The notes: a model not told the origin generated them from the letters alone. DNA of 64,000 nucleotides from an archaeon GW2011_AR15 (GCA_000830295.1 CP010425.1:928001-992000), one strand, 5' to 3'; positions 38,425 through 49,041 are shown, counted from the stretch's first letter. Made by a program: numbers and translations.

Positions 38425-39477
38425 CTAATCCATGTACTGGAGGGAATTCCTGAGGCTGCCTGAGTTGACGTCATTTACAAGCAACCTCAGCTCATCATTG
38501 GTCTCTGCAATAAGGGCTACACCCGGGTGGCTGTCCACTACCTCTGATATTTCCCTCACAGCACTTACATATGCACTGTTCAGCTGCCTGTTGTATTCTG
38601 AAAGAGAGGCTATCCCGTCGCTCACAACCCCCACCACCTTTGCCAGGTCTATTATAGGCTGCCATGCTACAAAATTATTGTCAAGCGCCTGCTGGTAGAA
38701 CTCTGTCTTCACAGCCATCTCCATTACCCTGTAGAGCGTCATCTCGAACAGTGCTTTCTGCAGTTTCAGGTTTTCCACCTGGCTTTCATAATGCTTCTTC
38801 CCGAATGAGCTCCTGTTGTAGTTGAACCCCTGCTTTCTTACAGCTGCCTCAACATCTATAAGTTTTTTCATAAGCCCGTAATATTCTTCAGGCTGCTCAT
38901 CCCTGCTGATCTCCTGAAGCTTTGTTTTTACTGCATCATACCGGCTAATCTCCTGGGGGATTATGGTCTTCAGCTCGTTCCTCTTCAGCGTCTCATTTGC
39001 GGCATCTCCAAGGATATTGTAAAGCCTTGATTCGATATCCTCCAGGTTGGAGCTGTAGGATTTTATCATTGATGCAAGGTTGTGGTTCAGGCTTCTGACA
39101 TTTCCCTGCTGCTGCACAAAAAGGTCATATATCCCCTGCCTCAGCGGTTTCCTTCCGAAAAGTCCGAGAACAGCATCAGACAAAGTGACCATGCCCCTGT
39201 AGACAGCAGACCTGCTCATCCTTGCAACTTTTTCAAGCTGCTTCTGGTTCTCATTTATCCTCTTTACATAATGATCAATAGCCATAAGGCCGTAGTATTC
39301 CCCGCTATTCTGGGAGGTGACGCTGTGTACTCTTCTGACCAGGGTATTACCGGGGTTTTCCTTTTCCAGGCTGAAATTATCATCCCGCAGATTAAGATTA
39401 TTATGTGTGTTTTGAGAAACAGCAGTTTCCAAACTGCGGCGCTTCTTTTTTAATCTCTGTCTTATGGTGTCGTGCAT
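38425..39477 (-). CDS. Coiled-coil hypothetical protein
   Basis: 350-aa mostly helical/heptad ORF, 17 nt upstream of the previous gene on the same strand. Confidence 0.65.
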   Translation of the reverse strand: MHDTIRQRLKKKRRSLETAVSQNTHNNLNLRDDNFSLEKENPGNTLVRRVHSVTSQNSGEYYGLMAIDHYVKRINENQKQLEKVARMSRSAVYRGMVTLSDAVLGLFGRKPLRQGIYDLFVQQQGNVRSLNHNLASMIKSYSSNLEDIESRLYNILGDAANETLKRNELKTIIPQEISRYDAVKTKLQEISRDEQPEEYYGLMKKLIDVEAAVRKQGFNYNRSSFGKKHYESQVENLKLQKALFEMTLYRVMEMAVKTEFYQQALDNNFVAWQPIIDLAKVVGVVSDGIASLSEYNRQLNSAYVSAVREISEVVDSHPGVALIAETNDELRLLVNDVNSGSLRNSLQYMD

Positions 39478-39539
39478 TGCTATCTATATCAGATTATCTT
39501 TAATATCCGTTGTCCTGAAGAAAGCGGAAGATTTACGGC

Positions 39540-40331
39540 TTAAGCATCAAAAAAGAGTATCTCGCAGTTTCTGTTTATCATTGTTGAGACATCTATTTCA
39601 GGCAGCCTTTTCAATTCTGATATTTTTTTTACTGTTTCTGTTATGAAGCTCGGCTCGTTTTTCCTGTCTTTGAAAGGGCTCAGGAACGGCGAGTCTGTCT
39701 CAAGCAGAAGCTGCCTCAGCTGTGTTTCCTTCACTATCTTCTGGAAATGCTCGTCCCTCACAATAGAGGTTGGGATGGAGAAATACCAGTTGTTCTCCCT
39801 TATCCTCCTCACCTGTGAATGCTTTCCGCCGAAGCAGTGCATTATCACCTTGCTATAATTGTATTCTTCCAAAATGTCGATGACTTTTGACTCTGCTTTT
39901 CTTGAGTGGATAATTATAGGCTTTTTTATTCTCATGGCCAGCTCAATCATCTTCCTGAAAGTTTTCTCCTGCATCTCAAAGTCAGTGCCGTCCTTGAAAT
40001 CCATTCCGACCTCCCCGACAGCCACAATATTGTCCTTGTTTTTCTCTATGAATTCTATTTCCCTGTCTATGTCATAGTCGAGGTTCAGCTTATTTTCTGA
40101 TCCCTCGGTCTCTTTTTTCAGTGCGTCAGGAGGATATATGCCAAGGCTTGCATGGACCACATCAGGGTATTTTTTTTTCAGCATCAGCACATTCCTGTTT
40201 GTGCCGGGATTTACTCCTGCTGCCACAGCAGACACATTATTCTGCCGGCATCTATCAATGACTTCATCAATATCCTCTTTGTAGAAGAACTCGTCAAGAT
40301 GGCAGTGGACATCCAAAAGTTTCATACGCAT
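39540..40331 (-). CDS. tatD: TatD family hydrolase
   Basis: DVHCHL, VGEVGMD, IHSR, MHCF, LETDSPF. Confidence 0.93.
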   Translation of the reverse strand: MRMKLLDVHCHLDEFFYKEDIDEVIDRCRQNNVSAVAAGVNPGTNRNVLMLKKKYPDVVHASLGIYPPDALKKETEGSENKLNLDYDIDREIEFIEKNKDNIVAVGEVGMDFKDGTDFEMQEKTFRKMIELAMRIKKPIIIHSRKAESKVIDILEEYNYSKVIMHCFGGKHSQVRRIRENNWYFSIPTSIVRDEHFQKIVKETQLRQLLLETDSPFLSPFKDRKNEPSFITETVKKISELKRLPEIDVSTMINRNCEILFFDA

Positions 40332-40502
40332 TAGAAAATCCCAATTATTATATAAATCTTATACTGAAAAAAATAGACAGATACTACTCTAAAGTTAAAT
40401 CAAAATAATTAAATAGGCATTATAGCATTAAAATTAGAGTTATATTAATTTGGGCCTTACAAAGGCTTTGTGGGCAACCGGGAGGATTAGCGTACACATA
40501 CA

Positions 40503-43500
40503 ATGAAATTTAAAACAGCTGTTTTGATTTTAGTATCGCTGCTTTCTCTCTCCATCTTCTCAAGTTTTTCTGTAGCTGAAACCCAATGCTGGAACTATGA
40601 TGATAACCAGACAGGATGTGAAGCAGCAGCTGACTGTGACTGGGTAGAAGACCCGTGGGGAAGCTGGTGCCAGCAAAAAAGTTGCTGGAACATGTGGAGC
40701 CAAAATGATTGTAACCAAGCTTCCAATTCATCTAATTCTGCTTTTATAAATAAAACATGCAACTGGCGAACAAGCGGTTCAGGTTCTAGTGGGTGGTGTG
40801 GTCAAGTAAGTTGTTGGTCATTTGACGGCACAGATGCAAACTCATGTGTAAATAATTCCGTGGGTGTATCATGCGAATGGATTGATGAATATAATGCTTC
40901 AGAGTATGATTTTCCATGTTCTGGTCCAAGTTCAAAACAATGCTGGACATATACAGACTCTTCTGCATGCCAGGCAGTAGCGGGATGCAGCTGGGGTATG
41001 TGTGAAGAGCAGGGATGCTGGGATTCGAATTCTAAAACAGAGTGTGAAGCCTCAACAGAACAGAACACCACCTGTAAATGGAATACGCAGTACAATTATT
41101 GTTATAAGCCGGGGTGCTGGGATTACACTGATAAATCAACCTGTGAAGCTAACAGCTGCAAATGGGATAACCAGTACTGCAGCAATAAATGGTGCTCAGA
41201 TTTTTCAGGAAAAAATGAGTCCTTCTGTGTGAATAATACAGCTTCTTTGAATTGCAAATATGAGGCCGCCGGCAACACATGCACAGACAACGGCTGCTGG
41301 AATGTGAACAATGAGGCATCCTGCAATGCAACCTCTTCATGCATCTGGGAAACATATGATGAGACTGGATGGTGTGAAGAAGTGAGGTGTTGGTCATTTG
41401 ACGGAACAGATAATTCAACATGTGTGGGTAATAATGCAGGTCTTCGTTGCACATGGGACAACAGCACAGGAAATGAATGGTGTTATGAAGATTTTAGTGC
41501 TAAGAGCTGTACTAATTACCTGTCAGAAAAACAGTGCCTTGACACTTTCTATTGTATGTGGAACACGACAAATTGTCTAGAGCCGGGTTTCGCAGGCATT
41601 ACAACAGACTTTAATCAATGGAATCCAGGATGCTATATATTTGATGGAAATGAGACACTATGCAATTCTACACTGGGATGCACATGGGATAATCCAACCC
41701 TAGACTGCAATGGAAATTCAACAATACAACAAAACGGTTTATCATGTGGAAATGTAAATAGTGCAAATCTATGCAATACAATCCCTGCCTTGGGCAGCTG
41801 CTGTTCATGGGTGAATAACACCTGCCAGACTGATAGGTATAAGACAACATGCTGGGATTCTATTGAGGAGCCTCCTGCAGGAGCAGCCTTCTGTGAAGAT
41901 TATAAGGCTTTTACTGATGACGACCTATGTGCGAAGATAGCCGGAAGCCCATGGTTCATGCCTTGCAGGTGGAACAACGGAACAGCTAGATGTGAGGCAA
42001 AACTGGATAAGATATTTACAGAAGGCAAGGAAAACATTATGCTTATAGACAATAAACAGAATTGTGAATATGCAGGAGGCAAATGGATAACTGAAAGCTA
42101 TTGTGAAGGCGCTACAGCAGTTCCTACAGGAAGGTGCGAATTAAAGTTTGATGAAGAGAGAAATTGTGATAAATCCTGTTTTGCGTGTGAATATAAGACA
42201 GATGGCACTAACTGGAGCACTGTCCAGAAGGCAAAGGATGCATGTACAGCTTCAAAACTTGGAGTGTGTGAATTTACAGAAAACTCAGGTGCACCTAATG
42301 GGTTAGGATCTTGCAATATCAAACAGGGATTTAAGAACTTAGGCGGGAAAACCTGTGATGATGATTGTGGTGCTTGCGCATATACAGGAGACCCTACATC
42401 ATCAGATCCTACTAATAGACCCTCTGCTTATTGTGCAGAGAGCGCGAAAGGATGCAAATGGCTGCCCGACCCTTTATACCCGACAGACGAGAGCAAAGGA
42501 AAATGCACTGGGTTGTCAGAAAAAACATGCAATGACAAATGTGATAAATGCATTGAAACTAATTGTGAGGATGTAGGAGCCAAAAAAGGTGATTCTTCTC
42601 TATCAAAACAATGTAGCTGGAGCGCAACTGAGAACAAATGTAATCCTTTAAGTGGCGGCGATCAGATGGAGACTTGTTTTGATGGTATAGATAATAACAA
42701 TAATGGAGACGTAGATTGTGCTGATTCAATGTGTTTTTCAGATCCTTTTTGTGGCGGCGACTTTTTTTCAACTAATAATAATTGCTGGAACTATAACAAT
42801 GATAATGAGACTTGTATAGCGAATGATTGTAATTGGGTAGAAGAGGCATGGGGCAGCTGGTGTGATATACCCGGAGCAAATTGCTGGAAATTTGACACTA
42901 CAAATGAATCAGTATGTGAGGGCCAGTCAGGCTGCCAGTGGTATCCGTTCTCAGGAAATGGACAATGCGAAGAAAACTGGGAAAAAGAAGAGTTCAATAC
43001 ATGCTTTAATTTTAATAACCAAAGCGACTGCACAGGCAACTGTACATGGATAGTTGATACATGGTGCCAGGAGGTTGGTGGAAGGTGTGAAACAAACTGG
43101 AATTCTACAGGGAATGACTGGAAAGACTGTTGGCAGGTTTACGGGCAATGGGGACAGGAAGACAAAGCTGGGTGTATAGCTGATCCTGCATGCAATTGGG
43201 TTAATGATACCTGGTGCCAATCCCAGGGAGTGAATACAGGATGGTGCGACCATGTTAAGTTTTCATGCTGGAATTATAAAAATGAAACATCATGCACTGA
43301 TGTAGTGGATTCTGTTAACAGGTCTGAATGGTGTGAATGGCGTTCAGATGAATGGGGCGATTGGTGTCAAAGCAAATCTGAGGGAGGATCATCATGTTGG
43401 AATGTTGAAAATGAATCAACCTGTACAAGTCAAGGGTGTAATTGGTTAGTAGGACTTTGTGATCCAATAGGATTTGGCGGTCAAGGTGGCAGTGGAGGAG

Positions 43501-46358
43501 GATTTGCGCAGACCTGCTTTAAGTATACAGGCAATGAGACAGCATGCACAAATACCACAGGATGCGGCTGGTTCCCTGAACCTCAGCCGTTCTGCGATGT
43601 TGATTTCAGCAGTGATTGCCCACAATACTGGAATGATAATACCAGCTGTATAAACAACCCTCAATGTGAATGGAAAACTGATGGATTTGGAGGAGGATGG
43701 TGTGATTCAAAAATATTTAATTGTTTCCAATTAAATGACAACGCATCATGTACAAACTCAACACATTGTACTTGGTCTGGATATAGTTGTGAGCCTAGCT
43801 GTTTTGTTGGAAATAAAGACGAATCTGCCTGTGGAGCTGTCTTATTAAATAGTTCAAGTGTACCTGCATGCAGATGGACTTCAGGTTGGTGCGATTCTGG
43901 GTTGAATACACAGTTCTTTAAAGATATGGAGGGAGGAGAGCCTGTAATGCTTGGAGTTGACCCTGTAGGAGATGCAAGCACCAATGAGACTGATATTATT
44001 GGACTGGGAATGAAAGATATGGGCAATGCATTTGGATTTGGCATCCCAGTTGTTGATTTGGCCAATGCAGCTGTATGTAATAATATGAATCTGCGAAACG
44101 GAGGCAAGGGGGCCGGAAAAAACACAACAAAATTCTTCTGGTATCTTGATGCAGATGGTGATAAAACAAATAATTGTGCAGCTAAACATAATATCTCAGA
44201 TACAGGATATGAATTTTACTTTACTTATGCTGTCGGATGGGACCAGCAGAGCAATGATATAAGCGAGAATATGACCTCATTTAAATGCTCATCAGGAAGC
44301 TTTGTTGCTACAGACATTAAATTAAGCGTATTTAGGAACATGTTATGCAATGAGATTGGCGGAGGCATGGTAGCTGTTGAAAAAACAGATTTAGAAAAAT
44401 TCACAATATTATATAATGCAAGCGCAGATTTGAGAGTTAGTGCAGCAACAGCCGGAGATGGGAATAATATCACTTCTGTAAGTGATTACATAAGCCCAGG
44501 ATTCGCTACTCCGGGAGCAATTGATTTCTCACTTGATTCCTTTGACCTATTTAAAATGCAGGGTAATAATTCAAATAATAAAGGCCAGGACAATGCTTTC
44601 AAAGGCTTTGTACAGTATGATGCAGATTGCTGGACGTCATCAGGATGTTCAGATTATTCATGTATGAACCATCCTTATTGTGTTGCTAACTCTTTAGGCG
44701 TGCATGCTGCAGGATTTGAGGATACAAGAATGCCTAAGATAAAGGCAATTACAAGAGAAACCTACAGGGATGCTGCACTGATAAACTATTTCACAGATAA
44801 GCCAGCTAACGGAACATTGCACTTCTATAGCACAGACAGCACATGCACAACAGAGAATGCTACAATATACGATACAGGAATTAACAATTCATATGTGAGA
44901 GATTACAGACTGCCGCACGTAGCTGAGATATATAACGATGGCGGGGCAGATTCACTGCCATACGCTCTTTCAGAAGATACAAAATATTACTTTAAGTTAG
45001 AAATATGTGATGAGGACGGAAAATGCGGAAAAAGTGCCTGCTCATCATTTAAGACAGAAACTACAGCATCATGCGGTTTCTGTAACTTTGTTACAAGGCT
45101 GCAGACGCCAGCAGGATGGGTTGTAAGCTATGACCTTGACCAGGACGGCACATATGAACATGTCCAGGGTGAAGTATGCGGTGTTAATGCGGGTATGAAG
45201 ACTAATTATAGCACAGGTAGAGCAGCAAATATACTGCTTAAACAATCAGATAACACCTCCTGGATTGAATTTAAAGATGCCAGATTGACAAAAACAGGAC
45301 TTGGCAGTAAGATAAGCAATATACAATCAACATCAGCTCTTGCACAGGGAACCACAACAGATGCATCAGGAAATAACATAGGCTATGTTGGTATGGTATC
45401 TGACACAAGAGATAAAATCATAAATAATCTATATCCGGAACAATGCCTGATAAAGATACCCGGGACAGGAAGCTGTACAGAATTATGGCACTGCAACGAC
45501 GAGTTAACTACTTGCGTAGACAGGACAGATGAAGCAACATTAAATGAAACAGGCAGCGATTACTGCATCTGGGAGATACCTTTCTGTGAATTCTCTGTCT
45601 GGGCAGGAGGCCAGCCAAGCACCAATGAAGATAATGGCGGTGGAGGCAGCGGTGGCGGAGGCGGCGGAGGCGGGGGCGGCAGCTCAGGCGGAGGAGGGGG
45701 AAGTTCTGCGGCTTCAGATAAAACTTCAAGGAAAATGACATGGACGGCTGTCAGAGCCGGGCAGGTGCTGACTTTTAAACCAAACAGCATCAGTATACCT
45801 GTTGATGACGTAGTGTTTACTTCAAAAAATGATATCTCCCTAATGGTTCTGGAAGTGATTGTACATGAAATAAAGCCAGGCAGCATAACTGAGCTTGAAA
45901 ATTCATTTAATTATCTTGAATTTCAACCTGAGAATTTCACTCAGTCAGATATTGAAGGTGATGTTGAAATAAAATTCTCTATAGAAAAATCATGGGTAGA
46001 TGAAAACGCGAAGGACAAAAATTCTGTTTACCTATACAAGTATTTTGGTGATACCTGGAATAGGCTTGAGACAGGGCTGATAAACGAAAGCGAAGAAAAA
46101 TACACCTACAAAGCCACAACAGCATTTTTCAGTTATTATGCTATTGCTGCAGATGAAAAGCCGGAAGAGCAGGCAGAAGATGAACCTGAAGCTGCAGATA
46201 ATGGTGAGGGGGAAGAAATCACATTCAATAAGATTATTGAGCCTATTGTAGAAAAAATTTCTGAGTTTAGATGGTGGATCGTGGGAGCAGGAATGATTGT
46301 GTTTGTTATATTATTACTGGTATTTCACAATCCGCATAAACATGTTGATAAGAAATAA
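40503..46358 (+). CDS. Giant Cys/Trp-repeat cell-surface protein with PGF-pre-PGF-like domain and C-terminal TM anchor
   Basis: Signal peptide; many CW-x(6-9)-C-x(4-7)-C-x-W...WC repeats; E.CFDGIDNNNNGDVDCAD.C motif; Gly linker; IKFSIEKSW...WNRLET...FSYYAI; terminal TM plus basic tail. Confidence 0.85.
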   Translation: MKFKTAVLILVSLLSLSIFSSFSVAETQCWNYDDNQTGCEAAADCDWVEDPWGSWCQQKSCWNMWSQNDCNQASNSSNSAFINKTCNWRTSGSGSSGWCGQVSCWSFDGTDANSCVNNSVGVSCEWIDEYNASEYDFPCSGPSSKQCWTYTDSSACQAVAGCSWGMCEEQGCWDSNSKTECEASTEQNTTCKWNTQYNYCYKPGCWDYTDKSTCEANSCKWDNQYCSNKWCSDFSGKNESFCVNNTASLNCKYEAAGNTCTDNGCWNVNNEASCNATSSCIWETYDETGWCEEVRCWSFDGTDNSTCVGNNAGLRCTWDNSTGNEWCYEDFSAKSCTNYLSEKQCLDTFYCMWNTTNCLEPGFAGITTDFNQWNPGCYIFDGNETLCNSTLGCTWDNPTLDCNGNSTIQQNGLSCGNVNSANLCNTIPALGSCCSWVNNTCQTDRYKTTCWDSIEEPPAGAAFCEDYKAFTDDDLCAKIAGSPWFMPCRWNNGTARCEAKLDKIFTEGKENIMLIDNKQNCEYAGGKWITESYCEGATAVPTGRCELKFDEERNCDKSCFACEYKTDGTNWSTVQKAKDACTASKLGVCEFTENSGAPNGLGSCNIKQGFKNLGGKTCDDDCGACAYTGDPTSSDPTNRPSAYCAESAKGCKWLPDPLYPTDESKGKCTGLSEKTCNDKCDKCIETNCEDVGAKKGDSSLSKQCSWSATENKCNPLSGGDQMETCFDGIDNNNNGDVDCADSMCFSDPFCGGDFFSTNNNCWNYNNDNETCIANDCNWVEEAWGSWCDIPGANCWKFDTTNESVCEGQSGCQWYPFSGNGQCEENWEKEEFNTCFNFNNQSDCTGNCTWIVDTWCQEVGGRCETNWNSTGNDWKDCWQVYGQWGQEDKAGCIADPACNWVNDTWCQSQGVNTGWCDHVKFSCWNYKNETSCTDVVDSVNRSEWCEWRSDEWGDWCQSKSEGGSSCWNVENESTCTSQGCNWLVGLCDPIGFGGQGGSGGGFAQTCFKYTGNETACTNTTGCGWFPEPQPFCDVDFSSDCPQYWNDNTSCINNPQCEWKTDGFGGGWCDSKIFNCFQLNDNASCTNSTHCTWSGYSCEPSCFVGNKDESACGAVLLNSSSVPACRWTSGWCDSGLNTQFFKDMEGGEPVMLGVDPVGDASTNETDIIGLGMKDMGNAFGFGIPVVDLANAAVCNNMNLRNGGKGAGKNTTKFFWYLDADGDKTNNCAAKHNISDTGYEFYFTYAVGWDQQSNDISENMTSFKCSSGSFVATDIKLSVFRNMLCNEIGGGMVAVEKTDLEKFTILYNASADLRVSAATAGDGNNITSVSDYISPGFATPGAIDFSLDSFDLFKMQGNNSNNKGQDNAFKGFVQYDADCWTSSGCSDYSCMNHPYCVANSLGVHAAGFEDTRMPKIKAITRETYRDAALINYFTDKPANGTLHFYSTDSTCTTENATIYDTGINNSYVRDYRLPHVAEIYNDGGADSLPYALSEDTKYYFKLEICDEDGKCGKSACSSFKTETTASCGFCNFVTRLQTPAGWVVSYDLDQDGTYEHVQGEVCGVNAGMKTNYSTGRAANILLKQSDNTSWIEFKDARLTKTGLGSKISNIQSTSALAQGTTTDASGNNIGYVGMVSDTRDKIINNLYPEQCLIKIPGTGSCTELWHCNDELTTCVDRTDEATLNETGSDYCIWEIPFCEFSVWAGGQPSTNEDNGGGGSGGGGGGGGGGSSGGGGGSSAASDKTSRKMTWTAVRAGQVLTFKPNSISIPVDDVVFTSKNDISLMVLEVIVHEIKPGSITELENSFNYLEFQPENFTQSDIEGDVEIKFSIEKSWVDENAKDKNSVYLYKYFGDTWNRLETGLINESEEKYTYKATTAFFSYYAIAADEKPEEQAEDEPEAADNGEGEEITFNKIIEPIVEKISEFRWWIVGAGMIVFVILLLVFHNPHKHVDKK
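45636..45701 (+). repeat. GGN low-complexity tract (Gly/Ser linker)
   Basis: Encodes GGGGSGGGGGGGGGGSSGGGGG between the extracellular body and the PGF-pre-PGF-like domain. Confidence 0.8.
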
Positions 46359-46383
46359 CTTTTTATTCTAATTATAAATTATA

Positions 46384-47097
46384 GTGAATATGGAGATATA
46401 TGACCATATTGAGATGCTTGACCTTGGGCTTTACCTGAAGGATTACGGGATTCTTGCTATTTCAGACACGCAGATAGGCTATGAGGAGTCTCTTAACAAG
46501 CAGGGGATCATGCTTCCGAGGTTCCAGCATAAGGACCTTATGAAAAGGGTAAAGAAACTTGTGGAGATATGCAGGCCCGGGAAAATAATCATAAACGGAG
46601 ACCTGAAGCACGAGTTCGGCAGGGTTAGCGGGACAGAGTGGAGATATACGCTTGAGCTTATAGACTTCCTTGGAGAGAAAGCAGAGCTGGTGCTGGTAAG
46701 GGGAAACCATGACAAGACTCTCGGGCCGATTGCTGAGAAAAAAAACCTTGAGATTGTGGATTACTATGTCGTGGGGGATATTTATTTCTGCCACGGCCAC
46801 GAAATCCCGGAAAACAGCGATTTCAAAAAAGCAAAGGCAGTCATCATAGGCCATGAGCATCCTGCAATAGGATTAAGAGAGAATGGCAGAGTTGAGAGAT
46901 TCAAATGCTTTCTCAGAGGGAAGTATAAGAACAAAACACTCTTGGTGCTGCCGTCATTCAACCTGCTTACAGAAGGCACTGATGTGCTCAGCGAAAAACT
47001 TTTGAGCCCGTTCCTGAAGCAGAATATTAAAGACTTTGAGGTTTTTGTGGCTGCGGATAGAATAAGGAGTTTTGGAAAAATAAAAGAGCTGCTGTAA
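46384..47097 (+). CDS. Metallophosphoesterase (ICC-like, archaeal)
   Basis: ISDTQIGYE, NGDLKH, GNHD, HGH, GHEHP, LPSFN. Confidence 0.9.
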   Translation: MNMEIYDHIEMLDLGLYLKDYGILAISDTQIGYEESLNKQGIMLPRFQHKDLMKRVKKLVEICRPGKIIINGDLKHEFGRVSGTEWRYTLELIDFLGEKAELVLVRGNHDKTLGPIAEKKNLEIVDYYVVGDIYFCHGHEIPENSDFKKAKAVIIGHEHPAIGLRENGRVERFKCFLRGKYKNKTLLVLPSFNLLTEGTDVLSEKLLSPFLKQNIKDFEVFVAADRIRSFGKIKELL

Positions 47098-47643
47098 TCA
47101 GCTGCTGTAAAGCACCTTGAGAAGATCAGCCTTGGTTATGACGCCAAGCAGCTCTCCCCTTTCTTCTATAAGGACAAGGGGAAAATCCTTCAGCAGATTT
47201 CCTATAACTTCCTGCGAAGTGTAGGGCGGCATTACAGGAGGGTTGCCTTTCATGACCTCACGGACAAGGGAAAGAGATTTACCCTCTATTACTTTATCAA
47301 GGAGAAGGGATTCGGATATATAGCCTACAACCTTATTCTGCTTTACAACAGGCATCTGTGAAATGTTTTTCTGCCTCATCTTCAGTATAGTATCCTTTAT
47401 TGTGTCTGACTCCTTTGCGGATATGATTTTCCTGTACATTATGTCTTTTGCAGTGAGCCCGCTGCCCTTATCCATGCCCCTCAGGGTCTCAAATATCTTC
47501 TTTGCGTTGGTATAGCTGGGGTCGATTTTCCCTGACTCAATCTTTGCAATCAGGGACTGGGATACACCTGATTTATAAGCCAGTTCAGACTGGGTCAGCC
47601 CAATTTTTTTTCTCATTCTCTTTATCTCTGAAATATCTTCCAT
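47098..47643 (-). CDS. Transcriptional regulator, XRE-type HTH plus CBS pair
   Basis: IKRMRKKIGLTQSELAYKSGVSQSLIAKIESGKIDPSY then AKDIM...ISQMPV...GVITKADLL. Likely start MEDIS at 47643. Confidence 0.9.
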   Translation of the reverse strand: MEDISEIKRMRKKIGLTQSELAYKSGVSQSLIAKIESGKIDPSYTNAKKIFETLRGMDKGSGLTAKDIMYRKIISAKESDTIKDTILKMRQKNISQMPVVKQNKVVGYISESLLLDKVIEGKSLSLVREVMKGNPPVMPPYTSQEVIGNLLKDFPLVLIEERGELLGVITKADLLKVLYSS

Positions 47644-47734
47644 AGTCCAGGTTAATCTTGGTTTATTTATTAATTTTCTGTTTTTATTCATAGCGGAATG
47701 AAATGTTTCTCAGAGGGCAGTTTTTTTCGTTGTT

Positions 47735-47778
47735 CTGAAAATAACCATTTAATATTCTAATAGGAATATTATTTTCAG
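47735..47778. promoter_or_regulatory. Nested inverted repeat between the HTH-CBS gene and metK (candidate operator)
   Basis: CTGAAAATAA (47735-44) / TTATTTTCAG (47769-78) and inner AATATTC-taatag-GAATATT (47751-70), immediately upstream of the metK TATA (TTTATAA, 47784). Confidence 0.5.
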
Positions 47779-47829
47779 TAAGCTTTATAACTAAAAGCGG
47801 GGAACCAGAACCCAATAGGAGGGATCATC

Positions 47830-48996
47830 ATGATAAACAACAAGAAGAAATTTTTATTCACATCAGAGAGCGTTACAGAAGGCCACCCTGACAAGATATG
47901 CGACCAGATAAGCGACGGAATACTTGATGCCATATACAGGGAAGACCCCAATGGCAGGGTTGCTGTTGAGTGCCTTACAAAGACAGGCAGTGTCATGATA
48001 GGGGGAGAAGTCACTACCTCCACTTATGTTGAGATGCAGGATATTGCCCGCAATGTGCTGAAGAGGATAGGGTATGACAAGCACCATTACGGATTTGAGT
48101 CAGAGACAGTGGGCGTCTGGATCAATATAAGCAAACAGAGCCCTGAGATAGCTCAGGGAGTTAATGAATCCGGCAATCATGAGCAGGGTGCAGGAGACCA
48201 GGGCATGATGTTCGGGTTTGCCACAAACGAGACTGCTGAGCTGATGCCTCTCACTATATTGCTTGCCCACAGGCTTACACATAAGCTTGCGGAGGTAAGG
48301 AAAAACAAGAAACTGCCATATCTGAGGCCGGACGGCAAGTCGCAGGTTACAGTTGAATATGAGAACGGAGAGCCGAAAAGGGTGCATACGGTCGTGATTG
48401 CTGCACAGCATGATGAAGAGGCCACACTGGAGCAGATAAGGAAGGATGTGATAGAGCATGTCATAAAGCCTGTCTGCGGGAAATGGATTGATGCCAAAAC
48501 AATCTATCATGTCAACGGCACAGGAAAGTTTGTCATCGGAGGCCCTGTTGCTGATGCAGGCTGCACAGGAAGGAAAATAATCGTTGACTCATATGGCGGA
48601 GTCGGAAGGCACGGAGGAGGGGCGTTCTCAGGGAAGGATCCGAGCAAGGTTGACAGAAGCGGAGCCTACTTCGGCAGGTATGTGGCAAAGAACATTGTCG
48701 CAGCAGGGCTTGCAGATGTCTGCGAGGTCCAGGTTGCATACTGCATCGGAGTTGCACAGCCTGTTTCAGTCATGGTTGAAACTTTCGGGACTAATAAAAT
48801 TCCCGAAGAGAAGATTGAGAGCCTTGTCAAAAAGCACTTTGACTTCAGGCCTGCCAGGATAATTGAGAAGCTGAAATTAAGGAGGCCAATATACGAGAAA
48901 ACTGCCTCATACGGTCATTTCGGCCGCAATGACCCGGATTTCACATGGGAAAAGACAGATATGGCTGCTCTGCTGAAAAAAGAAGCAGGCCATTAG
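47830..48996 (+). CDS. metK: S-adenosylmethionine synthetase (bacterial/eukaryal type)
   Basis: [58 protein letters not shown]. Confidence 0.97.
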   Translation: MINNKKKFLFTSESVTEGHPDKICDQISDGILDAIYREDPNGRVAVECLTKTGSVMIGGEVTTSTYVEMQDIARNVLKRIGYDKHHYGFESETVGVWINISKQSPEIAQGVNESGNHEQGAGDQGMMFGFATNETAELMPLTILLAHRLTHKLAEVRKNKKLPYLRPDGKSQVTVEYENGEPKRVHTVVIAAQHDEEATLEQIRKDVIEHVIKPVCGKWIDAKTIYHVNGTGKFVIGGPVADAGCTGRKIIVDSYGGVGRHGGGAFSGKDPSKVDRSGAYFGRYVAKNIVAAGLADVCEVQVAYCIGVAQPVSVMVETFGTNKIPEEKIESLVKKHFDFRPARIIEKLKLRRPIYEKTASYGHFGRNDPDFTWEKTDMAALLKKEAGH

Positions 48997-49041
48997 GTTT
49001 TTTAAATTAGATTTAAATATAAGCTGTTCCTCCGTTGATAA

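Noticed and set aside
40503-44000. Repeats as a CRISPR array or diversity-generating retroelement
   Set aside because: They are degenerate in-frame protein repeats with no constant repeat-spacer period, no adenine-specific template/variable pair and no reverse transcriptase in the window.
47087-47110. Direct repeat AGCTGCTGTAA x2 at a convergent gene junction
   Set aside because: Both copies are coding ends of abutting genes. It is too short to support a target-site duplication, and there is no element between the copies.
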